Positions 11,612 to 25,698 of a stretch of DNA of 64,000 bases are shown here, in pieces; within the stretch, counting starts at the first letter, position 1; the number at the start of each line of letters is the position of its first letter. Both the position numbers and the translations under genes were made by a program. The stretch is from Okamejei kenojei (Eukaryota), in assembly GCA_035221665.1 (NCBI GenBank), contig CM069147.1, positions 47,120,001 to 47,184,000 of the forward strand, written 5' to 3'. The notes under the pieces are model-generated. The model was not told the DNA's origin. It saw only the letters and a list, made by a program, of their open reading frames with translations, and did not search any database.

Positions 11612-14271
11612 GACGGTAACTTCTGATTATACAAATTATGATAATAGACATTCTTAGATAATTCTGGACTCAGTCTTTACACTTTAAAATGGAAAACCCT
11701 TTAGCATATATTTCTTAGGAAGCCAGTGTCCCTGTAATATATCATTTAAACCGGCATTCTTAAATCAAGACCTATGATAGTCAAAATAAACAGGCAATTT
11801 TATGAAATGATGTTGGGTGTAGCCTGGGGAAGTCATACCCAATTCTCTCCTCTCTCTATATCCACAGAACAATTTACAAAATGGATCATTCACGTTTCCA
11901 GGAGATAGATCTCTGATCAGTTTTTTCACAACATATTTACCTACTTATTTCCTTTGTTTATCCCAGGGGCAGCGAAGCCAACTGTGGCATTCTACTGCTG
12001 CCAAGTGAGATCTCCCATCTCATTAAAAACGAGGGATCTTCCTGGGCTGTGTGGTTCAGTGCCAAACTAATGATACACAGAGTAAGGTCCAAAGTTTTTT
12101 GAACTTTGGATAACTACATTGAAAACCATCTATTGTTGAGGTAAATTAAGTTTTATAGATAGATGAAGCAAGTGTCCTGACTATGAAGGAATTGCATGCT
12201 TTTATGTCATCCATAAGGTTAGTGGTGCTGTTAATAGAAGATAAAGGCTGGTGCAGTTTGAGAGTTTAAAATCCCCATTCACCTGCCATGTGTTTTAAAA
12301 AGAGGCACCTTCATTATATTGATACTGTTCTTAGATATAATGTTGCTTGTCTCGTTATTTATTTTAAACCTGTGTTGAAACTTTTTTTAGTTGAACTTGA
12401 GAATTGAGATACATCCGTTTGGTATATTTATACCAGCTTTAAATCGCCTGGTATCAAGTGTTGCAAACTTGGATTTGAATTTGAAAATGATTGCTATATT
12501 TCTTGTAAGTTGTATTCACAGACAAAATCTATCATTTGAAAACAAGAACAAACCAATTCTAATGTTCAACAATGCAATGTCATCCACATTAGTCATATTA
12601 GATCCTGGAGACAAACTCATAAAAGTACACATTTCACTCCTTTAAACTTGTCTGAAACTTGCAAAGCGAATCATGTGAGCTGCTGTAGACCTTGTTTATC
12701 CATTTTGTGTTGCTAGATGTAATTAGTTAACCTTCCTTAGCTCAGCTCCCAAAAATATTCAAAAGTCCTGAGAAATATAACATCTTACAGGACTAAAAAG
12801 GATCTTTTTCATCCATCAACTCGTTTATAAAAGTCAGAGGCTTTACTTTTTTCATACTGTCAGCAGTTCTTTCAGGTAAAAATTGTAATAATTGTCACTG
12901 CTTCTCCACGTTTCCAACTAAATTACATGTCTGTTATGTAAGCTAACATTTTTTGTGCTGGATTTGTATTGGAATTAAGCATGTTTGTGAAGCCCATTTT
13001 TCATTATTAAGATCTTAAATATTTAAATGCTATCACATCAAAGTTTTTCTTTTCCAATTCAACTATTTCTAATGTCCATAAATTTGCAGAGTGAAGGTAC
13101 CTAAGCCCATGTAATAATTTCAATGCTGTTTACCCTTTGGATTCCCTCCAACCCCACAGTTTCCACAGTAATGTTATGCTCAGAAATGTATATAATATTC
13201 AAAATTGGGAGTCTATTTCTAAAAGCAAGCTAATGATTATTTCCTCAACTTGTTCAATTCCTGAAAACCCAGTTATATTTTCAGCAACACTAACAATATC
13301 ATATGCAGCATCCCCAGATCGTAATGCTGTGATATTCATCTTTGAGACATTTAATTCTCATTTATTTCACATTTCCATTTTTTTCTTGCCACAGCCTTAC
13401 AACTCAGGATTTCTTAACATTAACTAACAGTCCTCATCTTGTTGACCCTCTATCGAACCCTATCCATGTGGCCTTTCTTACTATTGGTGACTAATCCTGA
13501 TTAAGAGGTCGGAGAGGTTTTTTAATTATCTCTTCTGTCATATGTTTAATATACACCTATAACAGCAATGATTGCAGGAATTATTATTCCAGGATCACAA
13601 TCGCATCTTCATTGTTAATTCATTAAAATTATCTTTGCATTCTTGGTGCCATCAAGTTAGTTATTCATTTGCTTGTCAGTCTATGCCTGTTCACCTGTGA
13701 TAGAATCTTAGAGTGATACAGCATGGAAACAGACTTTTAGCGTACTATGTCCATGTTGGCATTAGGCTCCTTTCTGCATTAATACCATTTTCTGACGCTC
13801 AACCTGTAGACTTTCATACCGGCATTTAATCTCTATAATTCTTAAATCTATGAGAACACCTGCTTCCACCAACCCTTCAGGCAGTGTGGTTCACATTTTA
13901 GCCTCTCCCCTGGTAAAAAAACTCTTCGACAAGTCCCTTATGAATTTACTACCCCATAATCTTCTGTGCAGTTGCACTGAGACTAAGTAGTTACTTATTA
14001 ATTTGTAACATTTCCAGTAATAAGTTACTGAAATATTCATTTATATTTGTGTCACTTTATCTTATGTGTTTGTGTTTTCAAGTAATATTTTCCTTTGTTG
14101 TATATTTGCTATAGTGCAATGTTACCGTTATTAATGGGTTAATTTTATGAATTTAAGTTTGAGAAGTTTACATATTTCCAGACCCTCATCAAGTATAGCA
14201 TCAATTAAGAATTTGTGCTGAATTTATAATTTAGAATAAAATAATAGATATCACAATAAAATGTAAGTATC

Positions 14272-15029
14272 TAGAAACATAGAAACATAGAAATTAGGTG
14301 CAGGAGTAGGCCATTCAGCCCTTCGAGCCTGCACCGCCATTCAATATGATCATGGCTGATCATCAACTCAGTATCCCGTACCGGCCTTCTCTCCATACCC
14401 TCTGATCCCCTTAGCCACAAGGGCCACATCCAACTCACTCTTAAATATAGCCAATGAACTGGCCTCAACTACCCTCTGTGGCAGAGAGTTCCAGAGACTC
14501 ACCACTCTCTGTGTGAAAAAAGTCTTTCTCATCTCGGTCTTAAAGGATTTCCCCCTTATCCTTAAGCTGTGACCCCTTGTCCTGGACTTCCCCAACATCG
14601 GGAACAATCTTCCTGCATCTAGCCTGTCCAACCCCTTAAGAATTTTGTAAGTTTCTATAAGATCCCCTCTCAATCTCCTAAATTCCAGAGAGTATAAACC
14701 GAGTCTATCCAGTCTTTCTTCATAAGACAGTCCTGACATCCCAGGAATCAGTCTGGTGAACCTTCTCTGCACTCCCTCTATGGCAATAATGTCCTTCCTC
14801 AGATTTGGAGACCAAAACTGTACGCAATACTCCAGGTGTGGTCTCACCAAGACCCTGTACAACTGAAGTAGAACCTCCCTGCTCCTGTACTCAAATCCTT
14901 TTGCTATGAAAGCTAACATACCATTCGCTTTTTTCACTGCCTGCTGCACCTGCATGCCTACTTTCAATGACTGGTGTACCATGACACCCAGGTCTCGCTG
15001 CATCTCCCCTTTTCCTAATCGGCCACCAT
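14272..15029 (-). mobile_element. Young 5'-truncated CR1 LINE
   Basis: Uninterrupted 211-aa ORF2 C-terminus (LYRVLVRPHLEYCVQFWSP, FFTQRVVSLWNSLP). (TTTCTATG)n tail. ATCTA at both junctions (14269, 15028). Confidence 0.96.
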
Positions 15030-17739
15030 CTAAGCAGACACATGATTGAAGTTTTCATAAATCAACTAAGCTGAAACCAAGAGTACCCTCAAAGGCTGGA
15101 GATAAATATTCTGCTTAGTACCATGAGCATAATCTGGACATTTTAGCTACATTTATGATAATGGGAACCTCATTGTTGGAATGGAGTTTCCATTACCATA
15201 AATGGTGCTAAACGTATATTTTATAATGATCACAAAAATTTATCGTTAAACATTTGGATTGGTTATGGTTGGAATATGAAGCAAAATAAAAAACTTTTAA
15301 ATACTTATACCTTTGGTTAATCTGAAAGGACACTTACATTGTAGAGTATTGCTGTAAGCTTCACTGTTAGCATTTACCACAAGTGCAATCAATTTTTTTT
15401 TACACATTTAATGAACTGCAAATTAGCTTGATTTTTTTAAATGGATGTTGATATTAGTATGCAGTTTTAAGTCCCAATTAGAAAATAATGGCAGTAGAAA
15501 TATTAGGATATGGTTGGATCAATACAAAACAATTGAAAACTAGTTATGTACACATAAATTGTGCACTTTACAATACAGGTCGGTGTTTGGAATTTGATAG
15601 GTGAATAAAAATTAGATTAGAATTGTTTGCTGCTGCATTTATGTTAGAAGTAGTAGGGATGTTTGTTGCATGCACTGTCATTGTGTTTTCACGATAAACA
15701 GTGGTAGCCACTACTTTGGGTATAGTTAAAACCAGTGATGAGTTTCCGAGTTATTTCTTTGGTCTTTAAAAGCAATTTGGTGTAGAATTAAAATCGTCTC
15801 AGGAAGTTAACAATGAACTCAAAATTAATTAGCAGTAAAAAGTTGTGGAAAAAAAATGTTTTGTATAAAAGTGGAAAAATGAGTTCAAAAATATTTTATC
15901 ATTTATCTTCAAACTTATTTTGAAGCATCTCAAGGATAAAATTAAAAATTGTAGCTTTTTGTACTGCAGGGAGGAAAACAGTTCCGTGACTTCAATGATG
16001 ATTTTATGATTTTCTCATACGTTTTTACATAAGTAAAATAAATCCCATTGGTCACAATGGCGCAATTGTAAAGTGCAATATCACTTCTGGCCCATTCTTG
16101 AAAACAGACAATGAATGTCAACCATCCATTTGGTAGGACACACGCACTGAGAAAAAGATTGCACTGAACAAAGCTTACCATCATTTCGGAGGTCTGCTAT
16201 GTTACAGTCTTCCAATATATTCAAGGCTCCCATATTCAATTTCCCGACAAATTCAGTTTAAGCTGAATGGCAAAAGGCTCTTAAGTGCCTCCCCATGTCC
16301 CATCTGAATTTTGTCATGATTGAAGTTGAAAGTTCCGTTGGATATCACTTTCGTCTCAACGTAAATCATTTAATTAATTCCAAAAGGATAGTTTCAGGGG
16401 TCTTGGGAGAACAGGGAGAGGGCAGAGTAACAAGCTTGGCTTCTTAAAAGAAAAAGAAACTGACATTCATATCATACAGAAATATACCTGTAGAAAATGT
16501 TTTCAAGAAAGTAATGTCTTAACAATCAGTCGGTATAATTAAATTGTCTAAAATTTGCAGTTAGAGCGTATAATGTCATTAACATTACATGATCTGCCAC
16601 TACTGAGGTTTCTGTATTTGATACTTTACAACTCTGAGTTTTATTATATGAAGAAAAACATTGGGCCAAATAACGTAACTGTTTACAATAAAAAAGTAAT
16701 CTTACATTTAGCTATTACCCCATTCGTACTGCCAGTGTAATTCCATTGTGAGAGCTTTTATCAGTTTAGTATGATAAATAAAAATGATCCTCAATTCAAA
16801 ATAATGATCTTAGAAAGCTCAACGGATACTTCAGTTTTATATATGTAGTTTTCAAAAATTTGCTTTTATTTCTATTGCGCTAAATTGGTCAGACTACATT
16901 ATACAGCTTACCTTAAACTTTTAATGGCATCCATTGATTTATATGATTGCAGATTAGCCATTTTACCAATATACATAAACAGACCATTATATGGTTGAAC
17001 ATTTCATTGTGTAAGTGGGATATGGAATTAAGTAAGTGTTCACTACAGAATGGCCAATGGCATGTTCTTGTCCAGGATGCTCTAGGTGTTAATTATCAAT
17101 AATACTAATAATGTGATGTTGTGAAGTCTCCTGATTGATTACAATGAACATCCTAGTGAGATTGATCAGCCAGTTTGATTGAGGTCAAGGAGTAGATAAG
17201 TCATACCGTGCAAAGGAAGATAAAGCATGCACAAAAATATTGTCAAATATTGTTAACAATTGTTATTTGGATCTTCCTCACATAGAACGTTAGGTTGATA
17301 TACAATTAACTGGTAAGGTTATGAGCCAAAATGTAGGTGGACAAATTAAATAAACCACAGGGCTCTGCTCTGCATTTTAAGAGGTACCCCTTGAGTTTGT
17401 GTAGAACCTTTTGCATTGCCTTTCATTCTGCAGCATAAATGGACCTATAAGCTTTCTGTGTAGATCTATGTTACCAAATCTCCACCTGTTTTCTGTCATG
17501 TTATGCGTTTGGCAGATAAATCATTCCTGGTATTTAACAAATTTGCAGATCTAGGGTGAAGGAATATTTTATGCTTTGCTTCCTATTCTTGGTCAGAGAA
17601 ATGTCCTAGCAAAATAGAAGATAAATTGAAAATTGAGAAGTTTAAAAGAAATTTCATAAAAAGCATTATATACCTGGTTATAAGACGCATTTTATTTCAA
17701 TCAAGTAATTTTGTGATGGGTATTTTTGATGTTTCACAG

Positions 17740-17929
17740 AACAACAGAACCACCAAAATCTTCTTTAAAGAAGTGCCCAACACTATGTGCTCACTATCCT
17801 GGTAAAGTTGAGGGCAAAGAACTGAAAGTACTGGTACAACCTGAGACACAACACAGGGCACGGTACTTGACGGAAGGTAGCCGTGGCTCTGTGAAAGATC
17901 GGACACAGCAAGGCTTTCCAACAGTGAAG
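17740..17929 (+). CDS. NFAT5: NFAT5 coding exon: start of Rel homology domain with DNA recognition loop
   Basis: TTTCACAG|A acceptor, AAG|GTAATA donor. Encodes [39 protein letters not shown], the NFAT5 signature. Phase matches the previous exon (GG+A=Gly). Confidence 0.98.
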
Positions 17930-19609
17930 GTAATAGTTTTCCCTGACTTTGAAAGAAATTGCTATAAGTAAACAAAAACAAATTGTTTATACATGATGCA
18001 AAAGCTGAACAGTATTCAGGACAATTAGTCTGTTTGATTGGTACTTATCGATAGCTTAAACATTCACTTCCTCATCACCACCACATATTTTGATAGCTGT
18101 ATGTATCATCTACTGAATCAACCAGAGGCCTCCACCATCTGCAAAGACAAGGGCATGGCAATATCCACAATAAAAACAGAAAGTAAGAAACTTTTCAAAG
18201 CTATGACCTTTCATTTCGTATCATAAGCATTTGTTTTTAATTTTTGATTAATCCAGTATCCAGCATCTTCATTTGTTTTTTTCCTTTTCAATAATTTCCA
18301 AATTACATACTCACCCATCTTGAACTTGTAGCGTTAATCCTGCATCACCATCCATTCATTATTGTTGACTCATATTTAGAAACTTACTATTTAATTGAAT
18401 GGTGGGAGTATCTTCACCAGGTAGATTGCAGTGATTTAAGAAACAGACACCATCTTAAAGAACATGTTTGGGGAGGTGCTCTGGTGGATGTTGACCAGTA
18501 GAGAAGAGAACTACTGGGATTTAAAAAGGAAAATAAATAACATTGTTTGTTAAGGTTATCTATTTTCTAAGGCACAAAGGTTGATTTCAAAATCTTAAAA
18601 TGCTGTGAAATCACATGGATGCAGATTTAATTTGAAAAAGTTAAATTTGATTATTTATGCTCAAGCATACCGCTTTCACACTTTTTCTTTAAGTTTTTGC
18701 CCAATCCTCTACTGAAAGTTTTAACTGGTTCAAAAATCCTCTCAACGATAACTTTCCAGATCTTGCTTCACTATACCTGAAGTTCTTCTGCATGTTAATA
18801 AACATGCCCTCTGGTCGCTAACCTTACTGGTACAAGAATAATTGTTCTCCTTTTTCTCCACTAAAATTCATTGTGAATTAGAATATTACCATTAAATATC
18901 CTCTCGATCCATTATCTATCTTAACTCTAAAGCGAACAACCCTCTGTTTTCTAGTGTTGCCACAATAGCTTTGACTTTCCTCTCTGGTTATTTGAATGAA
19001 CTATTCAAATAAAACTTCCTAAAGTGGCATGTCCACAAACCCTTTACTAGGATCCTACTAATGATTGTTAAAGGTTGAGTGTAACTTTAGTGTAACTTCT
19101 TAGTTTTTTGTACTGTTTCAAAACCAACCATGTTCTTTAAAAAGCCTTCTCAAATAGTCCTGTACATGTATCTGTGGGTTATGTGTCCTCTTTAAAATGT
19201 GCCGTTCAATTTGCATTTAGGTAACGCGATCTTCCAAAAACTCTTGTACAAAGATGTATCACAATATCTTCATTAAATTTCATTTAATGTGTCTGTCTAT
19301 TTCAAACGGTTTGACTTTTTGAATTTCAGTTCTTCTCCTTAGGCACTTCTTTATGACTGAGGATGACTTGCTTCCACTCTGATTTTGTGGGTTCTCGGGT
19401 TTAATAAAGCCAGTGTAGTAAATGAAGATCTTTTCAGAGATGGGGCAGGAGATAGCCAATAGCTTGGCCTAGAGGGGTAGATGTGAGATTCCAGTTCTTC
19501 TTCCACTCACGCAGGTTTCTTCCTGTTAATACATAGATAACATTGATTATTATATTTCTGAATTTCAATATTTGAAATTAGTTTAGTTTAGAAATACAGC
19601 ACGGATAAA

Positions 19610-20560
19610 GGTTTTGTACAATGGAAAAAATATGGAATTAAAAAGGTGAGACATCTTTATAGAAAAGGTATTTTTCTTTCATTTCAGGAGTTACAATAGA
19701 ATGATGGATTACATTCAAATACTTTTAGATATTTACAACTTAGAGATTATGTTAAATTACATACACAAGACCACAGAACTAGAGAGCCAGAGATTCTTGA
19801 TGAATGTTTGAATAAACATCCTAATACAGTTAAATTAATATCTTACATTTATAATACTCTTTTAGGTAGTGAGATCCCGTCGACGGAATTATATAGACAA
19901 GCATGGGAAAATGAATTAGCTCAACCTATAACGAAAGATATTTGGGATGAAAGTCTATAACACATACATTAATGCTCGTTAAATGCCAGACATTCTTTAA
20001 TACAATTTAAAGTACTACATAGATTGCATTATTCTAAAACAAAATTAAATAGAATTTTTCCTAATATCTCCCCTAAATGTGACAAATGTCAATATGCAGT
20101 GGCTAATTTAATCTATACTTTTGTAAATTGTAGAAAAATAAAACATTTCTGGATGGATATTTTTAAAATTATTTCCGAAGTTGTTAATATCCAACTGGGT
20201 CCGTAAACTAATAATATTGGGAATATCAGAACAATGCCTAAAACTTACAAAAAGCCAAAGAAATGTCTTTGATTATAGTATAATAATTGGGAAAAAATTA
20301 ATATTAAAATTTTGGGAAAACCCAACCCCCACAATTAAAATGTGGATTATGGAGATAGCGGAGACCGTACATTTGGAAAAAATTACACTCGTCTTAATTG
20401 ACAAACCAGAATTTTTTGCTAGAACATTGATTCCATTTATAGATCAATGGAAGGGGTAGATTGGTCCTGCACGGGAGCCTGACTGAAGCTTGAATCCAGG
20501 ATTAGATGAACAGTTACGTTTTATAACTTAGATGAATAGTTACGTTTTGTACTTAAGGTT
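19610..20560 (+). mobile_element. L1-clade LINE ORF2 C-terminal fragment
   Basis: Translation FRYLQLRDYVK...AWENEL...SLNARHSLIQFKVLHRLHYSKTKLNRIFP..CDKC.....TFVNC....FW..IF, typical of fish/amphibian L1 with a decayed zinc knuckle. Stops and frameshift present. Confidence 0.88.
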
Positions 20561-20645
20561 TATTAATGGTTAAAATTCTACTTATGTTAGAACTTCCACG
20601 TATTAGAGAGAAAATTACATATTCTAAGCTCTTATCTTGTTTTAG

Positions 20646-20836
20646 TTGGAAGGCTACAATGAACCGGCAGTCCTACAGATTTTTGTTGGTAATGATTCTG
20701 GCCGAATCAAACCTCATGGTTTTTACCAAGCATGCAAAGTCACTGGGCGAAATACTACTCCTTGCAAGGAGGTGGATATTGAAGGAACAACTGTGATTGA
20801 GGTCAACTTGGATCCTGGAAGTAACATGACATTAGC
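20646..20836 (+). CDS. NFAT5: NFAT5 coding exon: Rel homology domain
   Basis: TTTTAG|TTG acceptor, GC|GTGAGT donor. [53 protein letters not shown]...MTLA. Confidence 0.98.
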
Positions 20837-21259
20837 GTGAGTATTTATTAAAATCTGCTGGTGACTCTTTTCTGAAAAATGAATGGAACATACGGAAACT
20901 TTATCATATTAAACATAAGACTGTCTGAATATTGAGTTTAGATATTGTGTTGCTTATTAACTGAGGTGGAAAAACAAAGCTATCGAGCAATAGAATCAGA
21001 GAATATCCGGAGTTTGATCTCTACATTGTGCTGATTGAGTTTACCTCATACATTAAGTAGGAAAAGGATTTGTAAGCCAGAATTGCAGTTGGTAATGATG
21101 TTGGAGAAGAAATTGCTTATGACACTCTACTATTGGGTGGTGTCTGATTTCCACCGTAAGTTATTTTACAACGAATGATAACTTGTAAATTTCATCATGA
21201 AATAGATTTACTTATAACTGACTTAAAAACAAACTATCTACAAAGTCTAGGCTAGTTGG

Positions 21260-22415
21260 AACATGATACATTGTTGACTTGGTAGATTAGATTCAAAACG
21301 GGCTTGGCCATAGATATTGAAATTAGAATTGAAAACAGATACTGGGATCTTGGTATTTCTGTGACTGGTGGTCTGTGATCAATGGTGTTCCACAGGGAAC
21401 AATGCTGGAACTTCTATTATTTGTGCTAAATATAAATGACTTGGACAAACATGTAGAGAATCAGATTTGTATATTTGCAAGAAAATGTTGTCAAATTATA
21501 CAGTAGGATATAGATTAGTTTTAATGATAGCAGATGGAGTTTAATCCAGACGAGGTGTTGCACTTTGGGATATCAAGCATGAGAACAAAGTGTGCAGTAA
21601 ATGACAGGAACCTCACGAGCGTTTATGTACAGATCGATCATGGGATGGAAATTCATATCTCCCTGAAAGTGAGATGAAACACAAGGTGATAGGATGGTTA
21701 AAAAAAGGTGTACACATGCTTGCATTTCTCAGCTGGGGCGTTGACTATAAAAGTCAGGAAGTCAAGTTGCAGCTGTATAGAACTGTGGTGTTCAGAAATG
21801 TGATCATTTGAGTGCTCTTCTGGTCACCGCATTACAAGAAGGAGGTGGAGACTTTAAAGAAGGTCATCCAGAGGTTTTCCAATTGGAGAGTATTAGTTAT
21901 AAGGAGAAGTTGGACAAATTTGGAATGTTTACTATGGAGAGGCAGCGGTTGAGGGGAGACCAGATAGATGTTTATACAATTATGAGAGGCATAGATTGGG
22001 TAAATAGTCAGACACTTTTTCCAGGGTAAGAATTACAAATACTAGAGAACATAGCTTTATGGGCTTGTCCCATTTATGCAACGGCGACTACCAGCACCCG
22101 TCATAGATTGCCGAAAATTTTCAACATGTTGAAAATTCAGCGGCGACCAGAAAGACACTACGACCCTTTGGGCGACTGAAGAGGTTGCTCACGACCATAC
22201 AGGCGACATGTCGCGGGGTGAAACCTGTATGGTCGTGAGTAGTCGCCCAAAGAATCGTACCTTGTTCTGGTCACCGCTGGATTTTCAACGTTGAAACTTT
22301 TCAGAGACCTGCTGCGACTATCTTGGGTGCCGGCAAGTCGCCGAATAAATCTCGTAAGTGGGTCAGGCCCATTAAGGTGAGAGGGAGAAATTTTAAAGGA
22401 GATGTGCAAGGTAAG
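21260..22415 (+). mobile_element. Degenerate CR1 LINE interrupted by a MITE
   Basis: GVPQGTMLE...INDLD and YKEKLDKFGMFTMERQRLRGDQIDVYTIMRGID. The sequence reads GCTTTAAGGTGAGAGGG across the MITE. Confidence 0.85.
22060..22371. mobile_element. PIF/Harbinger-type MITE, 312 bp
   Basis: Imperfect 19-bp TIRs TGGGCTTGTCCCATTTATG / CGTAAGTGGGTCAGGCCCA, TTA duplication (22057-22059, 22372-22374), CpG-rich, internally palindromic. Confidence 0.85.
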
Positions 22416-22649
22416 TGGAACATGTTGGCGGGGAGGTGGTCGAAACGGGTAGAATAGTGATCCCATTCACCAACTCATTTTCCCAGTGACCCAACATCCC
22501 CATCAACTGTCCCAGATTCTACTGCTCATCCAGCTGCAATTTACAGTTGCCATTTAATTTACTGGTCAACTGCTGTTTGCATATCCAGATGAATCAACTG
22601 TAAAAATCCCAGTCACAAAGAATAAAACATCAGAAAAATGGACAGAACC

Positions 22650-23505
22650 AATTGCGGACATATAGTGAGTCCTGATGCAGCCGAGGATTTTAAAGCAAGT
22701 GGCTACAGGGATGATTCCATAATTTCAAAGCTCACTGCATTCTGTAAGGATACCAGAAGATCGTAAAACAGCCAACATGACTTTCTTGTTCAAAAAGGAG
22801 GACAAAAGGTGGGGTGCTTTTGGCCCGTTAAGTTAACATCAATTGTTGGCAAGAGGCTAGAATCAATAATTAAAGAGGGAAACGCTAATCATTTGGAAAA
22901 GCTGAGTATAATCAAATCTAATATTGACAAAAGATAATCATGTGTAGGAAGGAACTGCAGATGTTAGTTTACACTGAAGATAGACACAAAATGCTGGAGT
23001 AACGCAGCGGGTCAGGCAGCATCTCTGGAGAAAAGGGTTGAGACCCTTCTTCCGACATATCATGTTTTCAGATAAATCATGTTTGACAAATTTGTTCATT
23101 GAGGATGTGACAGAAATGGTTGATAGAGAGAGACATGTAAATATGTATTTGGAATTCTGAAAGCGTTTTAACAAAATGGCATGTAAGAGGCTGTTGCATA
23201 AATTAAGGGCCCAAGGTGTTGGAGTATAGGAGGATCCTAAGAGGTTTTGATAGGGTAGATGTTAAGATGTCTTCACAACTCGGAGAGTCGCGAATAAGGA
23301 GCCGGTCATTAAAATGGATATGCATAGAAATTATTTATTTCAGAAGATAGTGAATCTGTGCCTAAGGATGGTGAAGTCTAGATCATTAGATATGTCAAAG
23401 GTGGATGCAGATAACTATTTGAAAGATTGAGGAATTGAGCTCAATAGGGACCCGACACAGAAGAGGAGTTGAGGCCAGTATAAATCAGCCGTGATCATAT
23501 TGAGA
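22650..23505 (+). mobile_element. Old CR1 remnant interrupted by a Penelope-derived cassette (22941-23056)
   Basis: Decayed ANMTFLFKKGG, PVKLTSIVGKRLESIIK, KSCLTNL motifs and a CR1-like 3'UTR near 23330-23500. Confidence 0.7.
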
Positions 23506-24207
23506 ACAAAATGAAGAATGCTGGAAATGCTGGAAGTGGGACTGAGAGGAGAATTGAAGTAACAAGTGGCTGGAAGATTAAGATAGTCACTGCAGACAGC
23601 AATATTAAGTACGCATATTACTTTGCTACAATATTAGGTAATTTACTTTTTCTGTTTGTATAGGAACAAGCTATTTCTGCTGTTCATAGGTAATATTAAC
23701 TTTATTTTTCTCTCTGCGGGAATACTACCTAATCTTCAGAGCCTTTCGAGAAGTGAGAAGAGGCTTCAGATCTCAGCAACAATTCTATCGTTGTTTTAAC
23801 AGCTTTTACGTGTCCCTCTATTTGTGTTGTTTCTAACCGGCCTCATTGACCAGTCTACTTCATGAACTGTGGAATCACTTTGGCAAAGCTGGTATTTCCT
23901 TTAATCTATCCATACCACCCCAACTCTTTCTGCAACTTCAAACTGCCCTGTTTTCCCAGGGAAAGGTAACTGTTTCTCATTCCACAGATGCAGTCGGAAC
24001 TCCTGAATGTTTTTGTAATTTCCTGTTTTAATTTGTTTTTCCAATACCATTTATTAAATGATTTAGAACATGGTGTAAGGGACTTGCATACATACAAAAT
24101 GGCTGTTGATTAAAGAAAAAATGAATGGCTTTGAATGGGAAGACATGTAAATTATTATGAGATTGAGCAGAATCGCTATAAATGATGTAACTGTTTGTTG
24201 CTTGCAG

Positions 24208-24380
24208 AGTTGACTGTGTAGGAATATTAAAGCTCAGGAATGCTGATGTTGAAGCACGCATTGGCATTGCAGGATCCAAAAAGAAAAGCACTCGTGCACG
24301 ATTGGCGTTCCGAGTAAATATTGTTCGTGCAGATGGGTCTATTTTAACTCTGCAGACGTCTTCTTCATCCATCCTCTGCA
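24208..24380 (+). CDS. NFAT5: NFAT5 coding exon: Rel homology domain (not in the ORF track)
   Basis: TTGCAG|A acceptor, A|GTGAGT donor. Manual translation [57 protein letters not shown]. Confidence 0.98.
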
Positions 24381-25417
24381 GTGAGTGATTTTTTTTCCTT
24401 TTAACTGCTGTGTTCTTTTTTGGACATCTAATTGCCTGCCACAAAATGGATGCTAACATCTTTGAATGCCCAAAATATTTTTCAGATCACTATTCTAAAA
24501 ACAATTATTCAGAATCATCCAATATTTGGCAGCTTTTTATTATATGCACCTTATTGCAAGATGCTGCAATTGCTGTCTCACTGGTCATCATATACCTCAA
24601 GGCTTTTGGAGATCGATGTACACACTAATGATGGCCATAATGCTCTTCCACTGAAACGTCCTTGGAGATGGCCTGTGGCTGCCATGTAGAGAGATCCTGA
24701 GCGGTCTAACCATCTGACCTGTGATCAGCGATGCATTGACTAAGCTTTTCATACATTTTCCAGGGAAACATGTAATTGTAGACTCGCCACACCATTCACA
24801 GTAACAAATAAAACATTGTACCTCAAAGAACTTCATATTCACTTAAACGTTTATTTGTGGAGGCCAGATTTGGCTCCATTGTTGCATACAACATTATTTT
24901 GATGCACCTAAATGGGTCCAATATAATTTCTGGGCACGTATTATCCTGGATCGAGAGAACTTGTATTGTTCATTAATTCTGAAGAATGTGCAAATCTTCT
25001 ATCTATAGAATAATGGCATTGTGTCAATCAATTACAATTAGACTGCTTACTAATAGACTACTATTTAAAATTAATTAAAAGTATGAAGGTGCCAAAATAT
25101 AATTTTAGAATGGTGGTAACACTGCATAATTGGAGTAAATAATGATGGTAATAAAAATAATGTTGGTTAAGTTGGAATCATTTGTTAAGTAGCTTATTAA
25201 ATTGTGACTGAAGAGTGGAAATATAATTTTCAGAACTCATGTATGAAGGAAATTGATACCAGTCTAATGTTGTGTGTTTCCTATGGCCCTGCCTGCTTTC
25301 CAACATGATCTCAATCATGCAATATATGACCCCTTCCTGTGTCTCCATCCCAATACTGTCTGCTCTTTTGCATGTTAAATTACTGTTATGTACTGAAGAC
25401 TATATGGAAGACATATT

Positions 25418-25698
25418 TTGTTTAGTTAAGAAACAGCGTGGAAACAGGCCCTTCAACCCACAGAGTTCATGCCAATCGATGATATGTTGATACCAGTTCT
25501 ATGTTATCCCACTTTCTCATCCACTTCATGCATACCAGGGCCAATTAACCTACAGACCTCAATGTCTTTGGGATGTGGGAGGAAACTGCAGAACCCAGAG
25601 GAAACTCATGTGTGCTCGCACATAGATAGCACCCAACATCGGGATCGAACCTGGGTCTCTGGCACTGTGAGGAAGCAGCTCTACCAGCTGCGCCATGT
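25418..25698 (-). mobile_element. V-SINE (HE1-like)
   Basis: Reverse complement of the 35382 family, with GGGATCGAACC B box and GGAAACAGGCCC tail. Confidence 0.85.

Noticed and set aside
14368-15003. 211-aa ORF as an independent gene
   Set aside because: It is the ORF2 C-terminus of a truncated CR1, lacking RT core and endonuclease.
24028-24459. 143-aa minus-strand ORF, and similar antisense ORFs at 17697, 46980, 48129 and 53400
   Set aside because: Antisense shadows of NFAT5 coding exons.
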